IMG/VR virus record: IMGVR_UViG_3300034161_000021
Location: 1-39,456 of that record
Source: a virus
Lineage: Duplodnaviria; Caudoviricetes
Length of the DNA: 39,456 bases
Reading direction: 5' to 3' (one strand)
Shown: positions 16,902-24,924 of the stretch, one piece after another
How the letters are laid out: each line of letters starts with the position of its first letter
How positions within the stretch are numbered: the stretch's first letter is position 1
Position numbers and translations under genes: made by a program
The notes under the pieces: model-generated
Database searches by the model: none
The model's input: only the letters and a program-made list of their open reading frames with translations
What the model was told of the DNA's origin: nothing

Positions 16902-18167
16902 CTAAGCCAGCCATCCCGCCGGGTCCACGGCAGCGGGCTTAACCGCGCGTCTTGCTCCTGTCTTGTCCTGCAACGCGTCAAAACCCTGCGCATCGAGCCA
17001 GCCATGCCAGCGGTCCAGGGCGTTGCGCTTAACCTGCTCGCCCATGGCTTGGAAGTAGGTGCGCTCCAGATCGGTCGTGGAATGGTTGAGCAACAGCTTG
17101 CCCACCAGCGGATCAACGCCCAGGTTTGCCCATATAGAAGGCGCGAGCTTGCGCAGGTCGTGACTGGTCCACTCGCCGGCACCGTAACGGGTGAACACAG
17201 CGAAGGCCTGACTACGGGACATCGGACGGCCAGCGTGCGCGGTGGACGGAAACAGATAGGCCCCGTCATACCCCCTCGCCTTTTGGTTTTCTCGGTACCG
17301 ACTCAGAAAGGCCACGGCTTGCGGGGTTAGCGGCAACAGGTGGTCGCGCTTGGATTTGGTGTCAGCCCCGGGAATGAACCACTCACCGGCGTCTAAATGG
17401 ATGTTTTTCCACTTGGCCAAGCGGGTTTCGCTGATTCGGGTTGCATGGGTCAGCATCAGCACCATTAGGGCCACAGCGGCCGGATCACTCGCGAAGGCCT
17501 CAGCCCATGCGGCCAGCAGATCCACCACGGCGACGTGACGCAAACGCGCGCCCTTGGGCCGGATCTTGGCCTTGGTGAAGTTGCCGAAGGTCACCCCCGC
17601 CATGGGGTTGACGGTGATTTTCTTGAGGGTCAGTGCGCGGTTAAACACCACCTTCAGCACGTCCAACGCCGATTTGACGTAGCCCAGACTGTACTCTTCC
17701 TGCATGTGCCAAATCAGGTGCCGGTCGAGTGTGTCGGGATTGAGTTTGCTCAGGTGCAGTTCGCCCAGGGCGGGCAACAACTGGCGGTTGATCAGCGACA
17801 TCGAGGACGCCCGGCGATCCTTGGACAGACTCCGATCAGCCTTCAGCCGCTCGACGTACCAGCCCAGCACCTGGCCCACCCGCTCCCAGCCATCCACGGT
17901 GGCCGCTGCCTTCGGATCAGCCATCAAGCGAGCCAGCACCGCCGGCACGCTGTCGATCATCAGCCGGGCCGGTACGGCGGGCCAGTTCGCGGCCTTTCTC
18001 CAGATGTCGCCTTTGTCATGCCGGACTATGTGCCAACTGCCCCGGGTGCGGTCGTTACGGTAACGAAAACGCAACGGGTGACGGGGGTCGTTCAGCTCAA
18101 CAATGGTCGGATCATCGGCATAACGCTTAATGACCGCATCGGACAGGGAGACGCTAAGTGTTGCCAT
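16902..18167 (-). CDS. Tyrosine recombinase (integrase/resolvase)
   Basis: Catalytic set visible: TRISE (R), TKSK (K), HDLR (HxxR), LLNH (H), RTY (Y). Start at 18167 or 18191. Confidence 0.9.
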   Translation of the reverse strand: MATLSVSLSDAVIKRYADDPTIVELNDPRHPLRFRYRNDRTRGSWHIVRHDKGDIWRKAANWPAVPARLMIDSVPAVLARLMADPKAAATVDGWERVGQVLGWYVERLKADRSLSKDRRASSMSLINRQLLPALGELHLSKLNPDTLDRHLIWHMQEEYSLGYVKSALDVLKVVFNRALTLKKITVNPMAGVTFGNFTKAKIRPKGARLRHVAVVDLLAAWAEAFASDPAAVALMVLMLTHATRISETRLAKWKNIHLDAGEWFIPGADTKSKRDHLLPLTPQAVAFLSRYRENQKARGYDGAYLFPSTAHAGRPMSRSQAFAVFTRYGAGEWTSHDLRKLAPSIWANLGVDPLVGKLLLNHSTTDLERTYFQAMGEQVKRNALDRWHGWLDAQGFDALQDKTGARRAVKPAAVDPAGWLA

Positions 18168-18259
18168 GGTGCAAGCCTCGGTGATGCCCACGGCCTTGCC
18201 GGCGGGCGGCGTTGTCTTTCTTCAGGCAAAGCGAAACCCTGACACTCAAGGCGCCGGGT

Positions 18260-18291
18260 TCGCTAATGTGCTAATTCGCTTATTTGCTAAG
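18260..18291. repeat. Four degenerate 8-bp iterons upstream of the recombinase
   Basis: TCGCTAAT GTGCTAAT TCGCTTAT TTGCTAAG; same family as the par iterons. Confidence 0.65.
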
Positions 18292-18691
18292 GCGCGAATG
18301 CGCCTGTCAGGGATGCCACGCAGGCGTCTGCCGCTTCGTACCGGCCCAGCATGGCCAAGGCTCCGGGAGAAGGAAGGGCGCGCTGCCAGTGGCCGCAATT
18401 GATGCACGCTTTTACCGCCTGCTCCCCCTCACCCACGAACCACCACGATGCGGCCAGCATGGTCAGGGGCTTGGCGAACATCAGGCAATGCGCACCGGGC
18501 GCACCCCAGCCACCGGCGAATTGAAAACCGGCCAGATCCCCACCCTCACGCATTCTTTCCCGTTGCAGCGGGTCGAGCGTGGACGGCAGCGGGCCCAGTG
18601 CCGTCTCGATATGAATCGAAAAGCCCAGGGCAGCCCCTACGGCGTAAGGGCTTGAGTCTTTGAAGCCAGCAAACAACGGATGCAGAGTCAT
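18287..18691 (-). CDS. Hypothetical protein
   Basis: 134 aa; ATG overlaps the stop of the Q-like gene. Confidence 0.6.
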   Translation of the reverse strand: MTLHPLFAGFKDSSPYAVGAALGFSIHIETALGPLPSTLDPLQRERMREGGDLAGFQFAGGWGAPGAHCLMFAKPLTMLAASWWFVGEGEQAVKACINCGHWQRALPSPGALAMLGRYEAADACVASLTGAFAP

Positions 18692-19107
18692 TAAGCCCCC
18701 AACTGATTTTCGATAGTCGCGCGGGCCTCAGAGAGCCGGCGCTTATAGGTGGCGAAACTGATCCCCAGGGCGTCGGCCTTTTCGAACTGGCCAACCCCAC
18801 GAGGGTCGTAGCCCTTGATCCCGCGCCGCGTGATCACACCCCACCAACCGGCGTCATACTCCAGGCGCAACACATCGGCACAGATAGGGCTTGAGCCGGC
18901 CATGGCGACCACGGCCGACTCTATTCGGGCCTCAAGCGAATCGGCGGGCTCAGTGGACCTACCCGAACCACCAAAGAACAGCTCGCCCTTGTTGTCGATC
19001 AGCTTGGCGAGCATCGAGCGACCAGCGCTGACAGTTCCGCCTGAGGCGCACCACTGGGCCCACAGCTCGTAACCGATTGCCCCTTGCTTACGTCCACGCC
19101 TTGCCAT
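18691..19107 (-). CDS. Putative late antiterminator (Q-like)
   Basis: ELWAQW N-terminus, IESAV...VLRLEY, and C-terminal HTH KADALGISFATYKRRLSEA; end of the cro operon; many terminators in the late operon. Confidence 0.7.
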   Translation of the reverse strand: MARRGRKQGAIGYELWAQWCASGGTVSAGRSMLAKLIDNKGELFFGGSGRSTEPADSLEARIESAVVAMAGSSPICADVLRLEYDAGWWGVITRRGIKGYDPRGVGQFEKADALGISFATYKRRLSEARATIENQLGA

Positions 19108-19115
19108 TACATCCC

Positions 19116-19340
19116 CTAGCCACCGGCTCTAGACGTCAGCTTGTGGCCTTTCTTGGTGTCGCGGCGACAGGCCGGAAACTTCAAATTACTGAGGCACATT
19201 TGCACCCCTAAAATGGTTTCCGAGCGCACGCACAGCGAACAGCCACCCTCGCGAATTTGCTGGGCTTCGATGATCCTGGCCGGGTCGCCATAGGCATAAG
19301 CCGGTAGTGCCCGGCTCGACTCACGCACGGGCACGCTCAT
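19116..19340 (-). CDS. Small Cys-rich hypothetical protein
   Basis: Likely start MSVPVRES; YGDPARI...GCSLC...C...C. Confidence 0.6.
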   Translation of the reverse strand: MSVPVRESSRALPAYAYGDPARIIEAQQIREGGCSLCVRSETILGVQMCLSNLKFPACRRDTKKGHKLTSRAGG

Positions 19341-19791
19341 GCACGCTTGAGCGTGCCGCCAGCCCCATCGCCAGCAAGTACTCGGAAAGCGCCTCCAGCG
19401 GCGACAGGACATGCCCGAATCCGCTTTCGCCCATGGTCACCATGCGATCAGCACGGCGAATCGGCACCAGGGCCGAAGGTTTCGCGCCGTAGACATGCCA
19501 GACCTCGCCGCCGCTCTCACGCACTACCGCCGCTTCTTCCAGCGTCAGGCAATGCACAATCACCAGACCGCCCGCCACCGGCGGCCGCGTTTCAAGGCCT
19601 TCGATGGCCTGAGCCAGTCGCGCCGCGCGGGCCTTGCCATCGAGCGGCGGCAGCTTCTTCGCGGTAGCCCCACGGCGCAGCGGCGGATTCATGGCAAAGC
19701 CAGCCAAGCGGGCCTTGCCGGACCCCACAAGGTTATCGGTGATACGTTCGCGGTCGGCGATTTCACCGCCAGACAGAGCAATCAAAAACAC
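19321..19791 (-). CDS. Hypothetical protein with degenerate dNMP-kinase-like pattern
   Basis: LIALSGG start and GLVIVHCLTLEEAAVVRESGGEVWHV resemble phage dNMP kinases, but no GK[ST] P-loop is present. Confidence 0.55.
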   Translation of the reverse strand: MFLIALSGGEIADRERITDNLVGSGKARLAGFAMNPPLRRGATAKKLPPLDGKARAARLAQAIEGLETRPPVAGGLVIVHCLTLEEAAVVRESGGEVWHVYGAKPSALVPIRRADRMVTMGESGFGHVLSPLEALSEYLLAMGLAARSSVHERARA

Positions 19792-19812
19792 AATATTCCC
19801 CTTGCTGCGCGA

Positions 19813-20406
19813 TCAAGTGAGCGCGCGAAGTTTGTCGAGGCGAAGGGCCTTCAGATGGTCATGCAAGACAGCCGGGTGTGGCGCCTCACCGGCCTTAATG
19901 GCGCGCTCGGTGGCGGCCTCCACTTCGTCGACGGTGACGTTAGTCGCGCACCAGCGGCGGAATAGTTGACGGGTTGCGGAATCATTCAGCAGGTACGGCG
20001 GGCAGTTCAGGTCAACCTTGAACCACTCGACCCACTGCTTATCGGTATTGAACAGCAGGCGCTCGCCCACGACCTTGGCCGGCGCATCCGGCGGGGAAAA
20101 TCGAGCGACCAGCTCGCCGACCAGCGTCAGGCGCAGCCGGCCGTCTTCGTCGCCACGATCCAGCACCCGAGCGTGATCGCAGTAGCTCAGGAATTCGCCG
20201 GCGTCTTCCTGATTGCAATGCAGGGCCGCGAGAAAATCGCCCCAAGCCAGGACCGCTGTAGGGGCTGAGCGGGAGCCGTCCGCGCGCTCAATCACCAGCT
20301 CGACCAGCTTCAGCAGTCGGCCGATGCCGAGCAAGCCAAACCGCTGCTCGACCTTGCGGCCGATAACCATCTCTGACAGCCCCACCGGGAAGTTTGACGT
20401 CTTCAT
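19813..20406 (-). CDS. Hypothetical protein, possibly replication-associated
   Basis: Likely start MKTSNF (ATG overlaps the cro stop); RKVEQRFGLLGIGRLLKLVELV resembles Lin1244/DUF4373-type N-termini; occupies the lambda O position. Confidence 0.55.
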   Translation of the reverse strand: MKTSNFPVGLSEMVIGRKVEQRFGLLGIGRLLKLVELVIERADGSRSAPTAVLAWGDFLAALHCNQEDAGEFLSYCDHARVLDRGDEDGRLRLTLVGELVARFSPPDAPAKVVGERLLFNTDKQWVEWFKVDLNCPPYLLNDSATRQLFRRWCATNVTVDEVEAATERAIKAGEAPHPAVLHDHLKALRLDKLRALT

Positions 20407-20666
20407 TCTTTGAAGCTCGGCACCGGGCCGACCCACTTGAATTTCGCCGTGCCGTTCTCCAGAGCCCGCCAAAACGGGTTATAGATGCCGTTAAAGTCCA
20501 CCACCCCACCGGACACCACAATGATATTGAGGGCAGCACGAAAGGATGGCGGGCTCTCAAAACGGCGCCACGAATCGACCGTTCTGCGTTTCTCACCCAA
20601 CCTATCCGCCGCAATTTTTGAGGCGGATTGTGGCGACAGACTATCAATCCAAGCGTTCAGTTCCAC
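20403..20666 (-). CDS. Cro-like HTH regulator
   Basis: Likely GTG start MELNAWIDSL...AADRLGEKRRTVDSWRRFESPP; divergent from the cI-like gene. Confidence 0.75.
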   Translation of the reverse strand: MELNAWIDSLSPQSASKIAADRLGEKRRTVDSWRRFESPPSFRAALNIIVVSGGVVDFNGIYNPFWRALENGTAKFKWVGPVPSFKE

Positions 20667-20681
20667 AGCGATTCCGTTTTT

Positions 20682-20759
20682 AACAGATATGCTGTTTATA
20701 TTGGACAGCAGCAAACCTAAACACAAGTTCTTTTTAGTGTTCCTTACACTTTGAATGTA
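20682..20759. promoter_or_regulatory. Immunity operator region between cro and cI
   Basis: AACAG-ATATG-CTGTT (20682-20696), half site ending GTGTT (20727-20741), TACAC-TTTGA-ATGTA (20745-20759); AT-rich. Confidence 0.65.
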
Positions 20760-20795
20760 TATTCAGCGGCTGGAATGATTCCTAAAGAGACGCCA

Positions 20796-21455
20796 ATGTT
20801 TGACATCAAAGACAAGATAACCCCTCGACTCAAGGCGTGCCGCGCACACAAAGGATGGACGTTCGCGGAAACTGCCGCTGAATTGGCGAAGATCACCGGG
20901 ACGAAGTTCAGCACTTCCCGGTATGGGAACTGGGAACTCGGGATCAATATCCCGCCCTTAGAAATGCTGTTTATCTTGGGCAAACTCTTCGGCAAGCCGC
21001 CCGCGTATCTCGCAGGACTTACGGACGACGACGGAACCTCACCCGAAACCCGAAAATATTCGGTGCCATCCCAATCGACCGTACCCAGCCCGAACGGCCT
21101 AGTTAAGCTCGGCGACAACGCACTGGCATTCCGCTCAAGCTTTCTAGACAGCATCAAGCTGAGCAAGGAGAAAATCCTCCTTGTCGTAGCGCCGGACGAC
21201 AGCATGGCCGGCATCATTGAAGAAGGCGACCGCGCACTGATTGACCTCAGCGAAACCACCGTTACCCGTAACGACATTTTCGCAATCATGGTTAATAGCC
21301 GGCTTTGGCTGCGCTGGATTCGTCAAACCCTAGAGGGCAATTACGCCATTCAAGCGGAACACCCGGATCGCTACCCCGACCAGACCCTGACCCCGGAACA
21401 ACTGGGCGGCCTGCACATCATCGGACGCGTGCGCATGATCAATCACTTGCGCTAA
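20796..21455 (+). CDS. cI: CI-like repressor (XRE HTH plus S24-like domain)
   Basis: RLKACRAHKGWTFAETA...SRYGNWELGINIP HTH; DDSMAGIIEEGDRALID and C-terminal IIGRV of the S24 fold. Start 20796 or slightly upstream. Confidence 0.9.
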   Translation: MFDIKDKITPRLKACRAHKGWTFAETAAELAKITGTKFSTSRYGNWELGINIPPLEMLFILGKLFGKPPAYLAGLTDDDGTSPETRKYSVPSQSTVPSPNGLVKLGDNALAFRSSFLDSIKLSKEKILLVVAPDDSMAGIIEEGDRALIDLSETTVTRNDIFAIMVNSRLWLRWIRQTLEGNYAIQAEHPDRYPDQTLTPEQLGGLHIIGRVRMINHLR

Positions 21456-21480
21456 AAAAATGCCCCCATCGAGGGGCTTT
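21454..21480. terminator. Terminator-like hairpin after cI
   Basis: A7-TGCCCC-CATCGA-GGGGC-TTT. Confidence 0.55.
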
Positions 21481-21494
21481 CTACGTCTTAATTT

Positions 21495-21509
21495 TACAGT
21501 TAAACTGTT
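21495..21509. promoter_or_regulatory. Operator TACAG-TTAAA-CTGTT
   Basis: WACAS-N5-STGTW site; half site AACAC starts 18 bp downstream. Confidence 0.6.
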
Positions 21510-21735
21510 TAAAACACGATTAAGCAATATTGGTGCTTTTCCGCTTTCGCTCCCGCCTGTAACCTCCGCGAGACACCGCCAAAGCCGATTAAAGCCTTGT
21601 AGTAATTGCTTTTTGCCATCACTGGTGGCGACCTCTATAGTTGCGCCCTTTGGACACACCAGGGCCTAACAGAGAGTGATGGCCTGATCCAAAAGCAATA
21701 AACGCCCCATTTTGGGGCAAGAAACCACATGGATT

Positions 21736-21750
21736 TACACTTTTAGTGTA
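21736..21750. promoter_or_regulatory. Operator TACAC-TTTTA-GTGTA at the rightward early promoter region
   Basis: Symmetric member of the family; half site AACAG starts 18 bp downstream. Confidence 0.62.
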
Positions 21751-21779
21751 ATTAACAGAATGCAAGGTAGTAATCTGAT

Positions 21780-22055
21780 ATGACCACAGGAATTTTGACC
21801 ACCTCACCCGCCGGCACCTCCATCGGCACAGGCATCGTCCTCTTCAGCGAAGAAAACCAACGCCAGATCGTCATTACGATGAATACCCAAGCCGCCCAGG
21901 CCGCCGGCATTAGCGCCTTGGCCATGCGCGCAATCGACACCGGCGACCATGCCGACGCCCTCGAATTCATTGCTTCTTTGGCCGTAGAACTCACCCAAGG
22001 AATTCAACACCTGGCCAGCATTGCCGGCCAGCTCAAAGTCTCAAAAGCCGCCTAA
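21780..22055 (+). CDS. Hypothetical protein
   Basis: ORF co-oriented with luxR/parA; the real start may be the internal MNTQAAQ. Confidence 0.55.
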   Translation: MTTGILTTSPAGTSIGTGIVLFSEENQRQIVITMNTQAAQAAGISALAMRAIDTGDHADALEFIASLAVELTQGIQHLASIAGQLKVSKAA

Positions 22056-22081
22056 TCATCCCCGGGGTAAGGACACACACG

Positions 22082-22543
22082 ATGTACGCTGAAAAGGACA
22101 TTCACGGCGAAGACGTTATAGGGCGACCGGGTCAGGCTCTCTCTAATGCCGAGTTACGCGTATTGGTAGGCTTGGCCGATGGTGACTCCCCCAGCACCAT
22201 CGGCGCACTCATTGGCGTCGATCAAAGCAGCTTCCGGCTACTGGAAAGCAACATAAAAGCCAAGCTCGGCGCCAAGACACACCCCCACATGATTGCCCGC
22301 GCCTTCACCCTGGGCGTGCTGATTCCTCGGGCGCTCTGCCTACTGCTGTCGGTCTTGTGTGCGACCGAGCACGTAGACGATGGCAACCGCAACCAAACCC
22401 GACGCGGCGGCCGCACCGCTCCCGCTTCGCGACTGGCCAGGAACAGCATCACCCGCGCCGCCAGCGGCCCAGGCGGCCAACTCGAAAGCGTTCGCCTTGC
22501 CCAGTGCTTTCAACTGGCCGGCGCACTTCTAGCTGTTAGCTAA
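22082..22543 (+). CDS. LuxR-type HTH protein
   Basis: LSNAELRVLVGLADG...IG..IG...NIKAKLGAKTHPHMIARAFTLG; AAGGA RBS. Confidence 0.8.
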   Translation: MYAEKDIHGEDVIGRPGQALSNAELRVLVGLADGDSPSTIGALIGVDQSSFRLLESNIKAKLGAKTHPHMIARAFTLGVLIPRALCLLLSVLCATEHVDDGNRNQTRRGGRTAPASRLARNSITRAASGPGGQLESVRLAQCFQLAGALLAVS

Positions 22544-22627
22544 TTAGCTAAAACGCTAATTAGCTTGTCATTCTGATCCCCGGGGTTATACTTTATTCGT
22601 CTTTAGCTAATTCGCTAATTCGATAAA
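22530..22627. repeat. 8-bp iteron arrays upstream of parA (operator/centromere)
   Basis: TAGCTAAT TAGCTAAA ACGCTAAT TAGCT (~22537-22565) and TAGCTAAT TCGCTAAT TCGATAAA (22604-22627). Confidence 0.8.
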
Positions 22628-22640
22628 GGAAACCCCGCAG

Positions 22641-23294
22641 ATGCAAACCCCTCACGCAATCGGCTGTATCTCTCAAAAAGGCGGCGCCTGGAAATCCACC
22701 ATCGCCCGCGCTCTTGGCACCACCTACACCGTGGCCGGCTGGGAAACCAAAATCATCGACCTCGACATCAAACAAGCCACCGCGACCAATTGGGGGCAGC
22801 GCCGCTTGCGCGCCGGCATCACACCCGATGTTCCCGTCCAGCTCTATGGAAACGTGGCCGCCGCCATGAGCCGTGCCGGTGATGCCGACCTGTACATTTT
22901 TGATGGCCCGGCGAACGCCACCGAAGAAACCGTCAGAATCGCCAAAGCCTGCCAACTGCTGATCCTCCCGACCGGCCTCACCCTCGACGACCTTGAACCA
23001 CAAATTTCGCTGGCCAACAGTTTGGTCGATTCGCACGGGGTGCCGGTTGAGCGGATTGTGTTCGCTCTGTGCAAGGCCAGCACACGCTCGGCGCCGGTGG
23101 ACGCTGCGCGCGTCTATTTGGGCAAAACCCGCTTTGCCGTCCTCGACGGCTCGATTCGCAATCAGGACTGCTACGCGTCCGCCATGAACGAAGGGCGCTC
23201 GATCACCGAAACGCCTTTTAAGGGGCCGCGCACAGAAGCCATGCAGGTCATTCAATCGGCGGTTAACCACTTCGAACGGTTGATCTCCGCCTAA
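22641..23294 (+). CDS. parA: ParA-family partition ATPase (short type Ib, ParF-like)
   Basis: Deviant Walker A QKGGAWKST, IIDLDIKQAT, Walker B IFDGP; no N-terminal HTH. Confidence 0.92.
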   Translation: MQTPHAIGCISQKGGAWKSTIARALGTTYTVAGWETKIIDLDIKQATATNWGQRRLRAGITPDVPVQLYGNVAAAMSRAGDADLYIFDGPANATEETVRIAKACQLLILPTGLTLDDLEPQISLANSLVDSHGVPVERIVFALCKASTRSAPVDAARVYLGKTRFAVLDGSIRNQDCYASAMNEGRSITETPFKGPRTEAMQVIQSAVNHFERLISA

Positions 23295-23326
23295 TAGCTA
23301 ATTAGCTAAATCGCTAAATCGCTGTT
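23295..23326. repeat. 8-bp iteron array between parA and the RHH gene
   Basis: TAGCTAAT TAGCTAAA TCGCTAAA TCGCTGTT. Confidence 0.8.
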
Positions 23327-23361
23327 AAGATCAATTCACCGCGCATTCAGGACTCACAACC

Positions 23362-23652
23362 ATGGCCAGCAAAACCACAACAACCCCCGATGCTCCCGCC
23401 GTCAAAGTGGCCAAGCCACCACGCCGCAAGAGCCTGGGCGAGCCGCCACAGACCGCCACCGAAACAGCCGCAGTCGGCAATAACACGAAGGTCGCCGCTG
23501 ACGACAAGTTAGTGGATTTGGGCTTCAAACTGCCCCAGGCGTTCCGCCGAAACTTTCGCTTGTTCTGCGCAAGCAACGACATGGCCCAGGTGGACGCGTT
23601 TAGGGAGGCAATGGCGGATTACATGAAGAAAAAAGGTTGGGAGTCCAACTGA
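23362..23652 (+). CDS. Centromere-binding ribbon-helix-helix protein (ParG-like)
   Basis: Low-complexity N-terminal tail then LVDLGFKLPQAFRRNFRLFCASNDMAQVDAFREAM (beta-alpha-alpha pattern); directly after parA. Confidence 0.8.
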   Translation: MASKTTTTPDAPAVKVAKPPRRKSLGEPPQTATETAAVGNNTKVAADDKLVDLGFKLPQAFRRNFRLFCASNDMAQVDAFREAMADYMKKKGWESN

Positions 23653-23727
23653 GAAAGGATTGAGCGCCAAGGTCTTCGACCTCCTTGGCGCTCATAACAT
23701 ACCGAAACCCCGCAAAAGGTAACCGAC

Positions 23728-23871
23728 ATGTCAGACCAAGAATATACCACCCTGCGCACCACACCCGTTAACGATTTGGGCAAGATCCGCCCCGGGCAAA
23801 TCGCCGAATTCTTGCAGCGCTGCACACCCGGCGTGCGGCACGCGATTGAGCGGGCCCGCTGGAATAGATGA
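23728..23871 (+). CDS. 47-aa hypothetical peptide (not in ORF track)
   Basis: AAGGT RBS, MSDQEYTTLRTTPVNDLGKIRPGQIAEFLQRCTPGVRHAIERARWNR, ending just before a terminator. Confidence 0.5.
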   Translation: MSDQEYTTLRTTPVNDLGKIRPGQIAEFLQRCTPGVRHAIERARWNR

Positions 23872-23883
23872 ACCCCCACCGAC

Positions 23884-23913
23884 AAAAAAGCCCCGACCTA
23901 ATCGGGGCTTTTT
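23884..23913. terminator. Bidirectional intrinsic terminator
   Basis: AAAAAAGCCCCGA-CCTAA-TCGGGGCTTTTT between convergent operons. Confidence 0.85.
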
Positions 23914-23930
23914 ATTATCCGTGTGACCGG

Positions 23931-24173
23931 TCACGACTCGACGGCAAACGCCCGGATACCAGCGCCCGAAGTGAACCGCTCCACCGTGTCCAGACTCGCC
24001 CAGGTGCGAACCCCTTCGCGCTGGGAACGCACGGCCAGCCAGTTGGCCCCAGGGCCGCCCAGGCGCACATAGACCGCCCAGCGCTCACCGTGCCGGGCCA
24101 CTTTGCACTCCCGCACCGAGCCGCCGGCGATCAGTTCCAGCAACTGGCCCTCATCGAAGCCTTTACGCTTCAT
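23931..24173 (-). CDS. Small plasmid-type protein (family often labelled ParC/stability protein)
   Basis: MKRKGFDE...WAVYVRLG...VRSQREGVRTWASLDTVERF...GI..F.VE; family recognised from memory only. Confidence 0.6.
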   Translation of the reverse strand: MKRKGFDEGQLLELIAGGSVRECKVARHGERWAVYVRLGGPGANWLAVRSQREGVRTWASLDTVERFTSGAGIRAFAVES

Positions 24174-24268
24174 GCTGCCCCCGGTCCCACATTGAAAACA
24201 CCACCCCGCCCCCTTTATTCCAATCACCCACATCGACAACCCGGGCAGCGTACCAGACGCCGACCGCG

Positions 24269-24514
24269 TTACCGTAACGCCGGTAGCGTGTAGTCGCCAT
24301 CGTATCGTGGCCGCAGCTCGACCGAGCCGGGCGGCGCACGCCAGATCCGCCGCAGAATATCCGCCTGATCACCGTCGCCCTGGGGATAGGTCACACACTC
24401 GTGCCTCGGCACCCCGTACAACTGGCGCAGTTGGGACACCCCGACAAAATGCCGCTGCCCATCGGTGCGGCTAATCACGTAACCCGGACACAGCACATAA
24501 CGCGGCAGGCTCAT
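24269..24514 (-). CDS. Hypothetical phage protein
   Basis: MSLPRYVLCPGYVISRTDGQRHFVG...LYGV...LRPRYDGDY; ATGA overlap with the upstream gene. Confidence 0.7.
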   Translation of the reverse strand: MSLPRYVLCPGYVISRTDGQRHFVGVSQLRQLYGVPRHECVTYPQGDGDQADILRRIWRAPPGSVELRPRYDGDYTLPALR

Positions 24515-24924
24515 TGGAATTCGTCCTCGGCCAGCACCACCGGGTCGGCCATGCGGGCCATGCGCGCACACTCGCGGGCGAACTCCTCCGGGGTGTACAG
24601 GTTCAGAACTTGGAGAAAGCGCTGCATCCTTGGCCGAAAATAAGCGATGTCCAGGCCGTGGACGTTGAGCGCCCCGGGCGGACGCTCGACCCTTACCAGG
24701 CGGCGGGCCACCTCAGCCTTGGCGCGACGAATGCGCAACTGCCACGCCTCACCGGCAATGGCGCTATAGCCGTTTTTGATCCCGTTGCGCAGCGTGAAGC
24801 GGACGTAGTAGACCGCACTGTCTAGGGTGTCTTCGCACACCGTCTCGGCGATTTCTTCAACCAGGCGCGACAGGCGCGCCTCGAAACGCTCCACATCGGC
24901 GGCGGTGATATTCTTGGCCGCCAT
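24511..24924 (-). CDS. Hypothetical protein
   Basis: Likely start MAAKNIT overlapping the upstream stop; ends NLYTPEEFARECARMARMADPVVL. Confidence 0.65.
   Translation of the reverse strand: MAAKNITAADVERFEARLSRLVEEIAETVCEDTLDSAVYYVRFTLRNGIKNGYSAIAGEAWQLRIRRAKAEVARRLVRVERPPGALNVHGLDIAYFRPRMQRFLQVLNLYTPEEFARECARMARMADPVVLAEDEFQ

Noticed and set aside
16902-18191. Protelomerase / N15-like linear plasmid prophage
   Set aside because: The motifs are those of a standard integrase-family enzyme, and I saw no long perfect telRL-type palindrome.
20692-20708. Possible LexA box CTGTTTATATTGGACAG near cro
   Set aside because: The CTG-CAG spacer is 11 nt, not 10. CTGTAAAAAACAG at 16342 has 7 nt. Both are better explained as adjacent halves of the WACAS-N5-STGTW family.
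21605-21699. tRNA or self-cleaving ribozyme
   Set aside because: No T-loop GTTCRA or standard tRNA arms, and no hammerhead CTGANGA/GAAA core; kept only as an unassigned structured element.
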